From: Podarcis gaigeae
Taxonomy: Eukaryota
Strand: one strand, 5' to 3'
Assembly: GCA_964106915.2 (NCBI GenBank)
Contig: OZ066922.1
Length of the DNA: 64,000 nt
The notes below the pieces were generated by a model, which did no database searches, was not told the DNA's origin, and saw only the letters and a list, made by a program, of their open reading frames with translations. Each line of letters opens with the position of its first letter. Position 1 is the stretch's first letter. This document shows, piece by piece, positions 38,348 to 50,692 of the stretch. The position numbers were made by a program, and so were the translations under genes.

Positions 38348-39203
38348 CTGGATACATAGCTAGATTTTGCTGGGAAAGTATTCAATGAATCAAGGGTGGC
38401 CAACCTATGGCTCTCCAAATGTTGTTCCCATCAACTAAAAATTATGGTTAAATGTTCTCTGTGGGAAAATGATTGCAACTCGACAGTTCTCTCTAACCAT
38501 AATTTGTTTCACTTGTTCAGACATCACAAGGAATTCTAGTTAGCTTAACATTAAAAAGCTTTCTATCTGAAATAAATAAATGAATGAATGAATGAATGAA
38601 TGAATGAATGAATGAATTCATTTATAGCCTTCCCATCTGGCTGTGTTGCCCCAGCCACTCTGTATCTATCTTTGACATGTGAAAATAGAGGGGAAGAGGG
38701 AGCATGTGAGCCTAAGGCTCATTTAGGTAGCATAGTTTCCAGTTGCATCTTATCATTTCTAGTTACATCTTAATCATACTTAATAGAGCAGCTTTTATGT
38801 GGAACTTAAGGTGACCCTACTTGCTCAAAGAGTATGAAATTAGTTTGTAAGCTTGTCATCTAAAGAATCATGTGCAGTAGAATCCTCTGAATGTTTATGC
38901 AAGCTCTACTAAAGTCACTGAAACTTACTCTAAGGTAGGAATGCACAGGATTTCAGTCTTAAATACATGCACTTTGAATAAGGACATTTAGAGGAAATCC
39001 CGAATAGTTAATAGATTTTTTTTTTAAAAAAAAGTCATTTGTCTAGATTTTACCTGGTGACTTTGGGTGGGATTCAACGAAGTGTGACTTAGAGTACACC
39101 TAGATGACTAATTTAGATCTAATACCCCAAGTAACACGTTTTTGAATACAACCCTCTATATTTCTGATGAATATGACCAGACTGAACAGCGAAAGTAGAT
39201 TAC

Positions 39204-39358
39204 CTGTGGACGTCAATGGTCTCCAGCAAGCGACAGATCACCCATGCCCACAGAAGAATCACGTGATTGCAAAACACCATTATTCCAATGAAAAACCCAG
39301 CTCCAAGGATAAGGGTTTCCAGAGGGTGTGCATATTCAGCTTGCATTCCAAACGGAGC
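39204..39358 (-). CDS. MSMO1: MSMO1 copy 1, exon 5
   Basis: [25 protein letters not shown]...[10 protein letters not shown]; 155 nt, AG/GT boundaries. Confidence 0.96.
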
Positions 39359-39440
39359 CTATGAAAGGAGGAAGAGGGGAGAAAATGCTCTTTTGTAGGC
39401 TAAGACATAAATATACTTTACGGCTAATCTGAAATGTATA

Positions 39441-39647
39441 CAGTGGGTTACGAACTAAATTTGTTCCGGAGGTCCGTTCTTAATCTGAAACCGTTCTTAA
39501 CCTGAGGTACCACTTTAACTAATGGGGCCTCCTGCCGCTGCTGCACGGTTTCTGTTCTCATCCTGAGGTATAGTTTTTAAACCGAGGTACTACTTCCGGG
39601 TTAGCGGAGTCTGTAACCCGAAGTGTTTGTAACCCGAGATACGACAG
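39441..39647. mobile_element. Decayed Tc1/mariner MITE shared by both copies
   Basis: Same internal sequence as the 28680 family, degenerate TIRs, TA flanks; paralogue 59622-59828. Confidence 0.8.
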
Positions 39648-40561
39648 TACGTCCTGCATGGCCAGGTTGTTCTAGCAGAGTTCTCCCCCTCTCGCACTCA
39701 GATCCTGGTTTTAATGTTACATACAGGTAACAGAGGAATGAGTGAACTGTGTTTAGCTCTACTCCAACTCTTTATGACTACAAATTCTGGACTGCCCCTG
39801 AGACACTATAATTTCAGCTGGTAGCATAGAACCATGATTACTTAAGACGACAGAATAAGAACCCCCTGTAAAATATTCAGAATGGAAGCAAATCATAGCT
39901 TATATGAAAACTTTACAGTGATGCTTTCCTCACCTTCAGATCCCCCTGAAGGTTTTTCTGAGTCTTTAGTCTATGCTCCCTACTGAGCGTTATTTCAGTA
40001 ATAGAAGCTAGCTATTCAAAAAAGCAATTGGAGGGTGGTTGTTAGGGAAATCAACCAATCTAGGGTGAAACCTTACAGGTGGGCTTTAGCTCAGTTGTAC
40101 AGCACAGTGATGCAGAAGGACTAAGGTTCAGTCACTGGTCTCTCTGTTTAATAGGACCTCAGTAAGTAAGGAGACTGGAGAATTGCTGCTGGTCAGACTT
40201 CACTACAAATATACTAGGTCAAAGTGGGTTATGTTCCTAACCTACATGATCATTATCAGAATTGTAGGGGAAACCAGCTGAAGGGATTTTTGTATTTTAT
40301 AGCCAGTCATTGGTGGGTAAGATGTTAGACATATTCAGAGCACAGCATTTAAAATGGCGAACTATTTTGAGCGATCAGTTTCGAAGTCTGTCCAACTACA
40401 GCAATATTAAACTCTTGATGAAAACAGTTTGCTAAGCGTGCTGTTTTCTCTTCTCCCTTTTTACAAAAAGAATAGCTAATGTATGCCTAGTGCTTTTATA
40501 TGCTCACAGCATTACAGCATTAACTAGGTAACGTTCACCAAGAATTTAAGGCAATACATAC

Positions 40562-40688
40562 CACAAACTCATGATGCACTTTGTGGATATACTTATATAT
40601 TCTCTTGTGATGCAGCAGCCTATGCAGAAAATAATGCCAGGCATCCTCAATCACAGCACATCCAAAACATTGAGAAAGTAGCACATAC
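40562..40688 (-). CDS. MSMO1: MSMO1 copy 1, exon 4
   Basis: [42 protein letters not shown]; His boxes; 127 nt, AG/GT boundaries. Confidence 0.96.
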
Positions 40689-41076
40689 CTGGGGGGGGGG
40701 GGGTAGGGAAAGAGAAGCATTTGTTAAGACAAGTACAATAGATTAGGACACCTTGTCTCCCAACCCAATTTTTGCTTTATACAAATCATTGTAGCAGTTT
40801 TCTAAAACTAATTTCACATAAAATTTACTTAATCCATTAACATCTTTCTTTCTTGCAAATCAGTTGTAATTTGTAATGATAAGAACGCTTTATAGGGAAA
40901 GTTCAGCTTGAAAATGACTGACAACTAGAAACTTATTACTATTTTTCTGTGCAGAACTTTTAGAAATCTTCCATATGCTGAAGTGCAGTGCTTGATCATA
41001 ACAGGATTTGAGAAACACTGCATTTACTGAAGTACTTAACTGCACAGAGCTCTTTAAGTGAAATCCATCTACTTAC

Positions 41077-41225
41077 CATCTTGGCATGCTTTCCCAGTCA
41101 TAAGGAATATTAAAATATTCTGTGAAGTAAAAGGTACCAAGTATCAGAGGAAACTGAATAAAAAAGTGATTGAACATAAGTGCCTTGAAACACTTCCATT
41201 GTCTTTCCCAGGTTTCTGGCTTATC
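41077..41225 (-). CDS. MSMO1: MSMO1 copy 1, exon 3
   Basis: [50 protein letters not shown]; 149 nt, AG/GT boundaries. Confidence 0.96.
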
Positions 41226-42039
41226 CTGTTAACAAGAAATAAAAGTATTTTATAATTAGAAGTAGAATTTTCCAATGATATTACTGAAGATGTGATACAT
41301 GGGAATAAGTACTAAATTAATAGTACTTCATACTATAATAGAAGAATACCTAAATTAAAGGTAACGGAATATCAGCTTTGTCTTATCTGACACTGTTTCA
41401 ACTGATATTGCCCCAAAATGCAGCAACACTGCTGCCTGTGATTATCAATGTTTCCATTAATATCAGATATACATTTTAATGTTGATTCCCTGTCAATTAT
41501 CATTCTACTCCAGGTGTACTTGGGGTAAGGCGAGAGATAAATATTAAAGTAGTGTTAGAACGCTCAGATTTTTGTCTTTCAGCCCGGGAACAGTACTGCC
41601 ATTTGGTCTGAATTTATTGTTAATGAATCAACATTACAAATGCCATTTTCAAGACAAAAGGAAACAGTTATGGTATGCATAGATCACAGCATCTATGGCA
41701 TCAGAGCAGGGATGAGTAACCTGTGACCTTCCAAATATTGTTGAACTCCAAATTCTGTCAGCCTCAGCCGGCATAGCCCATGGTCAGGAATGAGCAGAGC
41801 TCATATATCTGGAGGGCCACAGGTTTCTCCACCCCTGAATTAGTTTGGAGCCTGTACATTGTTTCAAGAAGCCTGCAGAAAATCAGCACAGTAAAGTAAT
41901 CATGGTTTTATAACAGACTGGGCTCCGGATCTCATTAGGAAGCAGGATACTATGACCTATCTACATTTTTGGTAGAAACTGGATTGAGAAGGCACCAGAA
42001 TTCTTTACGATACAAATTTCACTGACTTATTATTAAATA

Positions 42040-42265
42040 CAGTGGTACCTCGGGTTACAGACGCTTCAGGTTACAGACTCTGCTAACGCAGAAATAGTAC
42101 CTTGGGTTAAGAACTTTGCTTCAGGATTAGAACAGAAATCGTGCTCCGGCAGCGCAGCAGCAGCAGGAGGCCCCATTAGCTAAAGTGGTGCTTCAGGTTA
42201 AGAACAGTTTCAGGTTAAGAACGGACCTCTAGAACGAATTAAGTACTTAACCCGAGGTACCAGTG
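42040..42265. mobile_element. Tc1/mariner MITE shared by both copies
   Basis: TIR CAGTGGTACCTCGGGTTA, TA TSD; paralogue 62334-62559. Confidence 0.9.
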
Positions 42266-42651
42266 TATTGCAATACTCCAAGCTTTATGTTATTACATAT
42301 ATACCATTCAGGTATCAGGGTGTATGTCACTCAAGCGAATTTCACACACGGTTACTATTAAAAACAAGAGTGCCCAGGGCTGATGCTATATACAGGGGCC
42401 ATGGTCTAGCTTAGTGATGGATAGCCTGAAGCTTTGCAGACTGCTCCAACTCCCATCAGCCCCTGCCAGCATTGCCAATGGTCAGAGATGACAGGACAGT
42501 TTGGGGGACCACTGGTTCCCACCTGTGTTCTAGCCACTCTACAGCTTCTGTGGGGGAAACTAGCAACTGTACAATGTTATCTCCTTTCTTCATTTACTGG
42601 CTGAACAATGCAATCCTATGCATTGCTTAAGACAGAATCCTACACCAACTA

Positions 42652-42715
42652 ACCTGTGAGTAAGCCACAGTGACAATCACATTTGAGCAACTGTCACTGT
42701 GGCTTACTCACAGGT
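42652..42715. repeat. Perfect 24-bp inverted repeat with 16-nt loop
   Basis: ACCTGTGAGTAAGCCACAGTGACA / TGTCACTGTGGCTTACTCACAGGT; paralogue about 62946-63009. Confidence 0.9.
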
Positions 42716-43019
42716 AAGTCCGTGTAGCGTTCCAGCTTAAATACATCTTTAACATTACCTCTTGTCCTTTGGGGTAGCGTGCAGGATAACAGTAAACATC
42801 TAGCAAATAATACTGTTGGCAAACTTTTTCAGACATTCCACTTTATACAATAACATATCAAAATATACACAAACACCCTATTTACTTGAAAGCCTGCAAG
42901 TTAGAGGCCAGACTGTCAAAGGCCCTTTGCCTCGTGCTTTTCAACAGCAATATGTACTCATGGATAGCTAAACTAAATATTTATATAAGAAATTAACCAA
43001 AATATGCATAATAATTATA

Positions 43020-43386
43020 AAGGTAAAGGTAAAGGTACCCCTGCCCGTACGGGCCAGTCTTGCCAGACTCTGGGGTTGTGCGCCCATCTCACTCAAGAGG
43101 CCAGGGGCCAGCGCTGTCCGGAGACACTTCCGGGTCACGTGGCCAGCGTGACGAAGCTGCTCTGGCCAGAGCCAGAGCCGCACACGGAAACGGCGTTTAC
43201 CTTCCCGCTAGAAAGCGGTCCCTATTTATCTACTTGCACCCGAGGGTGCTTTCAAACTGCTAGGTTGGCAGGCGCTGGGACCGAACGACGGGAGCGCACC
43301 CCGCCGCAGGGATTCGAACCGCCGACCTTTCGATCGGCAAGCCCTAGGCGCTGAGGCTTTTACCCACAGCGCCACCTGGGTCCCTT
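43020..43386 (-). mobile_element. Sauria SINE, full length, copy-1 specific
   Basis: (AAAGGT)n tail on the left, head on the right, 12-bp TSD ATAATAATTATA; empty site at about 63320. Confidence 0.95.
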
Positions 43387-43635
43387 ATAATAATTATACA
43401 ATCACATAAATAAGTGTAAATTGTTCCATGTTTGTTATAAAAGCAGAGTAAAGCATAAGATCGGGTTTTTTCTATCCTCTGAAAGAGGCTGCTCACAAAA
43501 ATGTCACCAGTCGCAAGCTGGCAGAATATGGGAAGTGAACTCATGATCTGGGGAGCTCCAAAGTTATGCCACTTGTTGGAGCCATGTATGACACCAGAGC
43601 TGGAATTTTTCATACTAGACAACACTCCATCTTAC

Positions 43636-43890
43636 CTGTTGTATTTTATACTTTTGCATGTAAGGTATAAACTGAAAGATAAATCCAGGCAAACATATTA
43701 AAAAGTAGGAAAGTTCATGCATGAGAAGTGATCCCCAGGTTGCAATCTGGTATTTGGTGTAGTTATTCAGCATATATGTCCAAGCATTTTTAAATGGCTG
43801 TTGTAGCGGATTCTCAGGCAAGAAAGAGTCTATATATTCTACCGCCAGGTAAGCAGAATTCAGTATGCCAACACTCTCGTTAGTTGCCAT
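43636..43890 (-). CDS. MSMO1: MSMO1 copy 1, first coding exon (exon 2; exon probably starts at 43934)
   Basis: [37 protein letters not shown]...YKIQQ; 255 nt, donor CAG|GTAAG; the five exons sum to 894 nt (297 aa plus stop). Confidence 0.97.
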
Positions 43891-44337
43891 CGTTCAGTTC
43901 TGGAACATCACACCTGTAGCTTCTCTGCGGGATTCTAGGAACAGTAAATAGACATCATGGTAAAGATACCATAACCAAAATGACATCGGCCAGAAACAGT
44001 GTGCAGCTGTTGACTTGCATAAAAATAGTAGGGGACAAGGTCTATCCCTTTCCATACTAGACAACAGAGTTAAACAGATGTCGCTACTTGCCCTTTGTCC
44101 TTGTCCGGTAGGAGAAGAGATTAATTCATACCTGCTTGCGCTGTATACATTGACAGAATCTTCTCTACCGCCTGACAAGAAGGAAATATGCTGCTGCTTA
44201 ATTAGGATGCCTTGGCCATAAACTGATTGATCATGCTAGTTATCTGTTACATAATAAAAAGTAAATTGAAAGCCCTGCATGAAACTACCAGGATTTACCT
44301 TGAGAGAACATCCAAGGATTAACTAAAAAAACGATTA

Positions 44338-44578
44338 CAGTGGTACCTCATGTTACGTACCGTCCCCCTTACGAATGCTGCGGGTTACGCGCTCCACTAA
44401 CCCGGAAGTAAATCCCCCTTGTGTGACCCTTGCCCCTGGATGCAAGCGGAAGTCGCACTCTGGCGAAGTGGCAGCAGCAGAAGGTACCATTAGGGAAAGT
44501 ATGCCTCATGCTACGAGCGGTTTCGGGTTACAAATGGACCTCTGGAACGGATTAAGTATGCAACACAAGGTACCACTG
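44338..44578. mobile_element. Tc1/mariner MITE, divergent subfamily
   Basis: TIR CAGTGGTACCT ... AGGTACCACTG, TA TSD. Confidence 0.85.
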
Positions 44579-44737
44579 TATCATCTTTCCCTTCCTGATA
44601 TGAACAAAGGACAGGTGCCAATGTTTACATACCGATTTCAGTCCAAACCAATTCTTACCTATGTGGCATTCCTAATGCATCAGATTGAACAAAGTTTTTA
44701 CAAGCATTCAATATTGGAGGTATAAGATCAAATTACA

Positions 44738-44981
44738 TGCTTCCGGGTCATGTAGCCAGCATGACTAAGCAGCTTCTGGCAAACCAGAGCAGCGTTTACC
44801 TTCCCGCTGGAGCAGTACCTATTTATCTACTTGCACTTTGACATGCTTTCAAACTGTTAGGTTAGCAGGAGCAGGGACTGAGCATCGGGAGCTCACCCAG
44901 TCATGGGGATTCGAACCACCGACCTTCTGATTGGCATGTCCTAGGCTCTGTGGTTTAACCCACAGCGCCACCCACATCCCT
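44738..44981 (-). mobile_element. Sauria SINE, 3'-truncated
   Basis: Head and body match other copies; CAAGCATTCA repeated at 44701 and 44982 may be the TSD. Confidence 0.85.
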
Positions 44982-45650
44982 CAAGCATTCACATACATGT
45001 GTCAAATGTATATGCATAAGTTTGCTTAACCTGATGCAGTAAAGTAACTCTTAATAAAGAGGAATTAAATGCTGTATTCTTCTAATTATTCAGTCAGAGC
45101 AAGAATTTAGGCTTGCCAGATGGAACAATCCTGACCCTCCAGAGTGGCCAATGGTCAAAGATGACAGGAGTTGTAGTCCAACAACATTTAGAGAGCCAGA
45201 GGCTAGCCATCCCCAATATGTGTGAAAATCAACTAACATTAAGAGTGCCACAACAACAGAATCCCAATCCCACCTTGGCAATCAAACTGAGTGATTGCAG
45301 GCTAAGGTACCTGACCAGGGGGGTGAAATCCTTATAATGGCTACTCTGCCTTTCTGTACCTCAAGCCTTACTTTGTTATGCACTTGATATTCAGGTGAAT
45401 CTATTTGGAGAAAGTTTATACCCCCCTCTTTGTCCAGCCAGGTACCAGACCAGACCGGCAAGTTACTAAAATCTGAAATGATTGAGGTCTATTATTTATT
45501 TATTGCACACTTTTTTTTAACATAAAAAGTAAACTCAAAGTGAATTGCAATGTATCAAATAACTTACCCAATCTATCTGCTATAATTATGCACATTTCAA
45601 CCTCCTAACAGTATCAGTAATCTATTCTTCTACCCATATTACAAGTTAAA

Positions 45651-46030
45651 GGGAGCAGGTGGTGTTGTGGTCTAAACCACTGAGCCTCTTGGGCTTGCCA
45701 ATTGGAAGGTCGGTGGTTTAAATCCCCGCCACAGGGTGAGCTCCCATTGCTCTGTCCCAGCTTCTGCCAACACAGCAGTTCAAAAGCATGCCAGTGCAAG
45801 TAGATAAATAGGTACTGTGTGACAACAAGGTAAACGGCATTTCTGTGAGCTCTGGTTTCTGTCACGGTGTTCCATTGCACCAGAAGCAGTTTAGTTATGC
45901 TGGCCATATGACCCAGAAAAGCTGTTTGTGGTCAAACGCCGATTCCCTCGGCTTGAAGCAAGATGAGTGCCAAAACCCCATAGTCACCTTTGACTGGACT
46001 TAACTGTCCAGGGGCCCTTTACCTTTTTGT
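45651..46030 (+). mobile_element. Sauria SINE, older subfamily
   Basis: Head, body and CCTTTA tail; 14-bp TSD TATTACAAGTTAAA. Confidence 0.88.
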
Positions 46031-47008
46031 TATTACAAGTTAAAAGAGATAAGACATCTCTGCCTGCAAGTTTGCTTTCCAACAGCGCAACTCAATAGAG
46101 AAAAGTAATGGGGAGGCATGAAAAGCAAGCACTGGAGCAGCTATTCCTTTACTGGCAGACTGAGGGGGCCAGGCTGGTCTTCCTCTTGGTCTTCCTAGTA
46201 GCCCTGTGTACCCCTGCTGGTGACTGAGGCCACAGCATGCCACCCATTGGTTTCCTGTACAACGCAAGACTATGACTGAAACTAGATACATCCTAGCTCT
46301 GTGAAGCAAGACTTAAGCATGCAAAATGATGAAACCTTATAGCACAATCTCAAGGATGTTTACTTCGCAGCACATTTATCAAATTAAACTGGGCTAATGT
46401 TGTAGGATACAGTGCCTCAAGCATCAGACTAGGCCAGCTCCCTGCTCAGCCACAAAGTACATTTGATGTTCTTGGTCTAGTCATTGTATTTTACTTATTA
46501 TACCATAAATTTTCTATACTGCTTAATTATAGGTGGGAACGACTAAAGTGGTTTCCCACTATCCATCCTAACCCACCTATCCCAAAGTTTGGTTAGGAAC
46601 AAGTTGCAGGAGGAGAATGCCTACAGCTCCTTGGAGAAGATCCGGTAAATAATAATGATGTTACATTCTTAAAACATGCTACCTCATCTGTCTTAAAGTT
46701 ACATAAAAACTAGACAGTCCATCTGTCAGGCTTGGCCAAGCTCATCAACCACAACAAACAAACAAATAATATAAACTTTAGAATTATCAAGCCATGGTTT
46801 GCTTTCTTGTTCTACCAGTTAAGCAGTGTAATAGGAATTTTATGGTCTTAGATATAGGGTAATGTTAATAAGTGTACCAACCAAGCACATACATAGATCA
46901 GTACAGGAAGGCCAACCTGGAACCATTTTGATTCCTAAACTGACCAAATCCTTTCTCTGCAAGGTCAAACTGGAAAAGCCTCCCCATTCTCTCTTTCCTC
47001 ACAAATCC

Positions 47009-47457
47009 TGTCGTAAGAATATGTCTGTTTGAATAGGGTGTGAGCCTGTGACCTGGCCAGGAACTAAGTATTTATCAGTACAAAAGACTGGCCAGGCTAC
47101 CCAGGCAATCCAGTCAAGTAACCTGCTAGACAGGAGATAAACAACAGGAGAAAAAAAAATATTAAAATTTCTGTGATGTAGGTGGGATGTATCTGAGGGG
47201 TGGTCTTGATCTACAGGATGGGAATTTCAAAAGTCTTTATAAGGCCTTGCATGCCATTTTTCTGCGTCCTCCTCCTTTCCTGCGTGTGAGGGGAGCACCC
47301 TGTTGCAACAAAGATCAGGCTTACTAGCTGCTTTGCTTCTCAATATTCTCTGGTTGGCCACTGTTATTTTCTCCTACCAATAGGGAACCTATGTAAGGAC
47401 TCTATATGGGCTCTTGGATACCCCATAAGGGAAAAGGGCAATTTTTTATTTACAACA
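47009..47457 (+). mobile_element. Probable solo LTR in MSMO1 intron 1
   Basis: TGTCGTAA ... TTACAACA inverted termini (TG...CA), about 450 bp, internal TATA-like TTTATAA at about 47236; no TSD found. Confidence 0.5.
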
Positions 47458-47828
47458 GAAGCACTAGGCGAACCAAAACACCGAAAATCGAAAACAGGTA
47501 CCAGGAGAAAGAAATGCCTTCTGCTATAACTCACCTGGGCCAAATAACAACAACAATTACAAAATAAAAATGCATCTCCCGAACCCTTAACTTCATCTTT
47601 TGTCTCTGAGAGAGAAGTCGGTGAGGGGGGAGAGAAATAAAACGGAAAGTCACAAAATAACAGGCCTGAGCGGCCAAGAAGTGAATATTTTGGTGCCCAT
47701 AAACAAAATGTAAAGGGGTTGCGTTTGTCGCCTTTTTCGGGTAGGGGGATCTCCAAATGCAACCAATGAAAGGAGCACCCCCTAAAACAACCCGCCCCCC
47801 AAGGCGCCTCCGCTCTCCATCCTCTTAC

Positions 47829-47900
47829 CTGCGCCGAGGGATGCAGCAGCTCTGCCCACCGACGCTCCGCGACAAGGGCCAGGCTCCTTTTGCGCCGGGT
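47829..47900 (-). other. MSMO1: MSMO1 copy 1 non-coding exon 1 (start approximate)
   Basis: Consensus donor GCAG|GTAAGA at 47827-47829 in a CpG-rich segment just downstream of CCAAT boxes. Confidence 0.7.
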
Positions 47901-48120
47901 CCTCAAATACGTCTTCTTCATTGGCCTAGCAGGTCTCGGCGGGCTCCCATTGGGTGGAGGGATGGAGTGAGATCGTCAGACCTTGTGGGCCGGCCAATGG
48001 GACGAGGCGCTAGTTCACTGACGAAGAGAAGGGAGAGGAGCGAGATGGGTGGAAGGAGGGGACGCGGGGCGGAAGGTAGCCATGGAAATCGCACGGTGGC
48101 TGCACGCTCACCTGCCTCTC
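47900..48120 (-). promoter_or_regulatory. MSMO1: MSMO1 promoter with NF-Y (CCAAT) boxes and an SRE-like element
   Basis: ATTGG at 47920-47924 and 47949-47953, CCAAT at 47994-47998, ATGGAGTGA (TCACTCCAT) at 47962-47970, GC box GGGGCGG at about 48066; typical SREBP/NF-Y/Sp1 layout of sterol-synthesis genes. Confidence 0.75.
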
Positions 48121-48472
48121 CTAATATCGAAGGATCGAAGCCTCTGCTCACGGGGTTTACTTCCAAGGAAAGCTGGGCATAAAACGGCAGCTTTCTGATG
48201 CAGCTTATCTCCCCCGCCTCACGCTCCAAAATAAACCTAGAAATAATGTTTGGTATTGTTTTCGGTTCATACAACTCCCCCTTCCTTTTGCTGGAGAAAA
48301 ATTCAGATTATTTTTTTAATGGTACATGCGGAATCGCTTTCACGTTTCCCCTTTTTTTAAACTGCCCATTTCATTGCTGTAACCCAGCCTGGGACCTTAT
48401 GGTAGGGAGCAATTATAAATGATAAATAAATGTGAAAATCCCGAATCCCATAGGTGGTTTGGTTCCTCTTGG

Positions 48473-48749
48473 CAGTGCCAGATTTATGTACAAGCTAAAC
48501 AAGCTACAGCTTAAGGCCTCACTCTCTTGGGGGCCCCCAAAAGAATTAAAGGAAAAAACACCTGGATGTACATTTCCAAAATATATAAAAAACAAATAAA
48601 ATTTAACCTACATACAGCAAGAGTGTTTTGTGTTGTGTAAGCTCCTATGATGTAAGTAATGGGCTTCGCCTGCTCCCTAAAGTATCACATATAAAGGGCC
48701 CTATTACCTTATGTAGCTTAGGGCCTCATCAAACCTAAATCTGGCCCTG
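48473..48749 (+). mobile_element. Non-autonomous hAT element
   Basis: TIRs CAGTGCCAGATTTA / TAAATCTGGCCCTG, perfect 8-bp TSD CCTCTTGG. Confidence 0.92.
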
Positions 48750-49398
48750 CCTCTTGGGGCTTGGTGCTAAGTACTGGCAAGTGCTTCAGATTGCAGCCGT
48801 TCTTGTTCTTGTTCAACAAGAACAGCAAACACAAGTTTGATTACCTTATTCTACTGCTATCTTCCACATGCAAACAGTGAGGCCAGCAACTGGCATCTAT
48901 ATATTTATTAAAAGTTACAGCCTGCCCTTCATTATTGCCAGGTTTGGCTGTGATGTAACAAATTGCAATCTTAAAAATCAATTTATAAAACACACTGTCG
49001 GGCTGAGAACTAAAAACAGACGGGTGAAACACTCATTAAAACCCACAAAAGTCAGTAAAAAAAGTCTTCTCACCAAGTGTTTGTCCCTTATATAGTTGTA
49101 GGGAGAAAGCACTCCACAAACAAGGATGCCATGCTGGGGAAGTTTGTACCACCACTTAATTAGTCTCTAACAGATAACATAAAAAGATTCCCTCTGCTGA
49201 TCTTGGAACACAGATAGGTTCAGTATTTCATGTATTTGAGTCACAAGCTCTCAGAGAAGGTGCAGTGTTTTAGATATTTGAGTCTCAAGCTATTTAAGTG
49301 TAGAAAGGTGCACAGCCATTTAAGGCTATAAAGCTGCAGCCTTGACTTAGGCTGGGAAATGAATAGATGGCCAATGCAGTTGTCTAAATGTTGATGTA

Positions 49399-49610
49399 CA
49401 GTGGTACCTCGGGTTACATACGCTTCAGGTGACAGACTCCACTAACCCAGAAATATTACCTCAGGTTAAGAACTTTGCTTCAGGGTGAGAACAGAAATCA
49501 CGCGACGGCGCAGCAGCAGCGGGAGGCCCCATTAGCTAAAGTGGTGCTTCAGGTTAAGAACGGACTTCCGGAACAAATTACCGTTAAGTACTTCACCAGA
49601 GGTACCACTG
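49399..49610. mobile_element. Tc1/mariner MITE
   Basis: TIR CAGTGGTACCTC ... GAGGTACCACTG, TA TSD. Confidence 0.9.
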
Positions 49611-50525
49611 TACTATGATTCATATTGGTTGTATAAGTCAAAACTCTGGCAGCCACATTTTGCACTCATTGACATAAACTAGACAGACCACTGCTACTTT
49701 TAATCCTCCCTGCCAGAAATGTGTCCCAAGCGTATTGTCACTGAAGGGTTAACACCATCCCATCCTCCCTTAACTGCCTACACCACAGCATAGAATAATG
49801 CAGTTCAGTGATGTGGTAAACAGCTCAGAGGTATTTCACTTGAGAAACCAGTTTGACAGTGACAGAATGCTTCTTGATTTTAAAAGGAAAGAACACACTC
49901 ATTTGGAGTGCTCTTAAGGGACTAGCCTTTTCTCTGACATCTAGTTTTCTCTGAAGGGTGGGCCTGCACGTGGATAAGGAGAAACATTCAAACATGAGCT
50001 TGTAAGTGGTACAGCCCAGACACAGTTTACCTCCCTCTAAGAATCAGTAATAGACACCAAAGGCGAATGGAAAAGTTTTCATTCACACGGTAGCTCATCA
50101 TATACTTCTATTGCTATATCAATGAGAATTACTACGAGATTCACCTAAAACAAAAACTGGGTTCCTGTTTATTGTGCCTGTTGCCCCATGTGTTGATTCA
50201 TGCAGCTTTGATATTTGCAGGGATCTCTGTCTTCAACAACTAATAGGATGCTGACCTGCTCTGATATTTATTTTTACTGCTGCTGCTAGTGAGAGCTCCT
50301 GGGCCATTCCATCTGCTTGCCCACTCTGTTCCTAGATGCCAACCAGCCAGCACTTCATTGCTGATTCTAGGAGGAGGATAGTAAAAACATCTATGGCTAT
50401 CTGGCTTGCTGCCACACTACAGTGCAAACCTTTTGGAGTTTGCATGAGGGCACCAACCTCTTTGAGTTTGTGCTGTGGAATGTATTATCCAAGTAATGTA
50501 ATCCAAGTGATGTAATATTGGGTAG

Positions 50526-50692
50526 CAGGACTGGCCCACCCATGAGGCAAGGTGAGGTCACTGCCTCAGGTGGCAGGACCCATAGGGTAGCAAATTCGGA
50601 TGCAGATCTTTACTCCCCACTTCTTCCTTTGTGGGGAGGGAGGTGCCTTTTGTGGTTTGCCCCAGGCACCAAAATGTCTTGAGCCAGCCTTA
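50526..50692. mobile_element. hAT-like MITE
   Basis: Degenerate TIRs CAGGACTGGCCC / GAGCCAGCCTTA, 8-bp TSD TTGGGTAG. Confidence 0.55.

Larger units (their letters stand above)
22589..44069 (+). repeat. Tandem segmental duplication, copy 1 (portion alignable within the window)
   Basis: Colinear with 51447-64000 from GCTGNTACCTTGATCTATAA onward through CPE exon 1, the intergenic region and MSMO1 exons 6-2. Confidence 0.95.
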
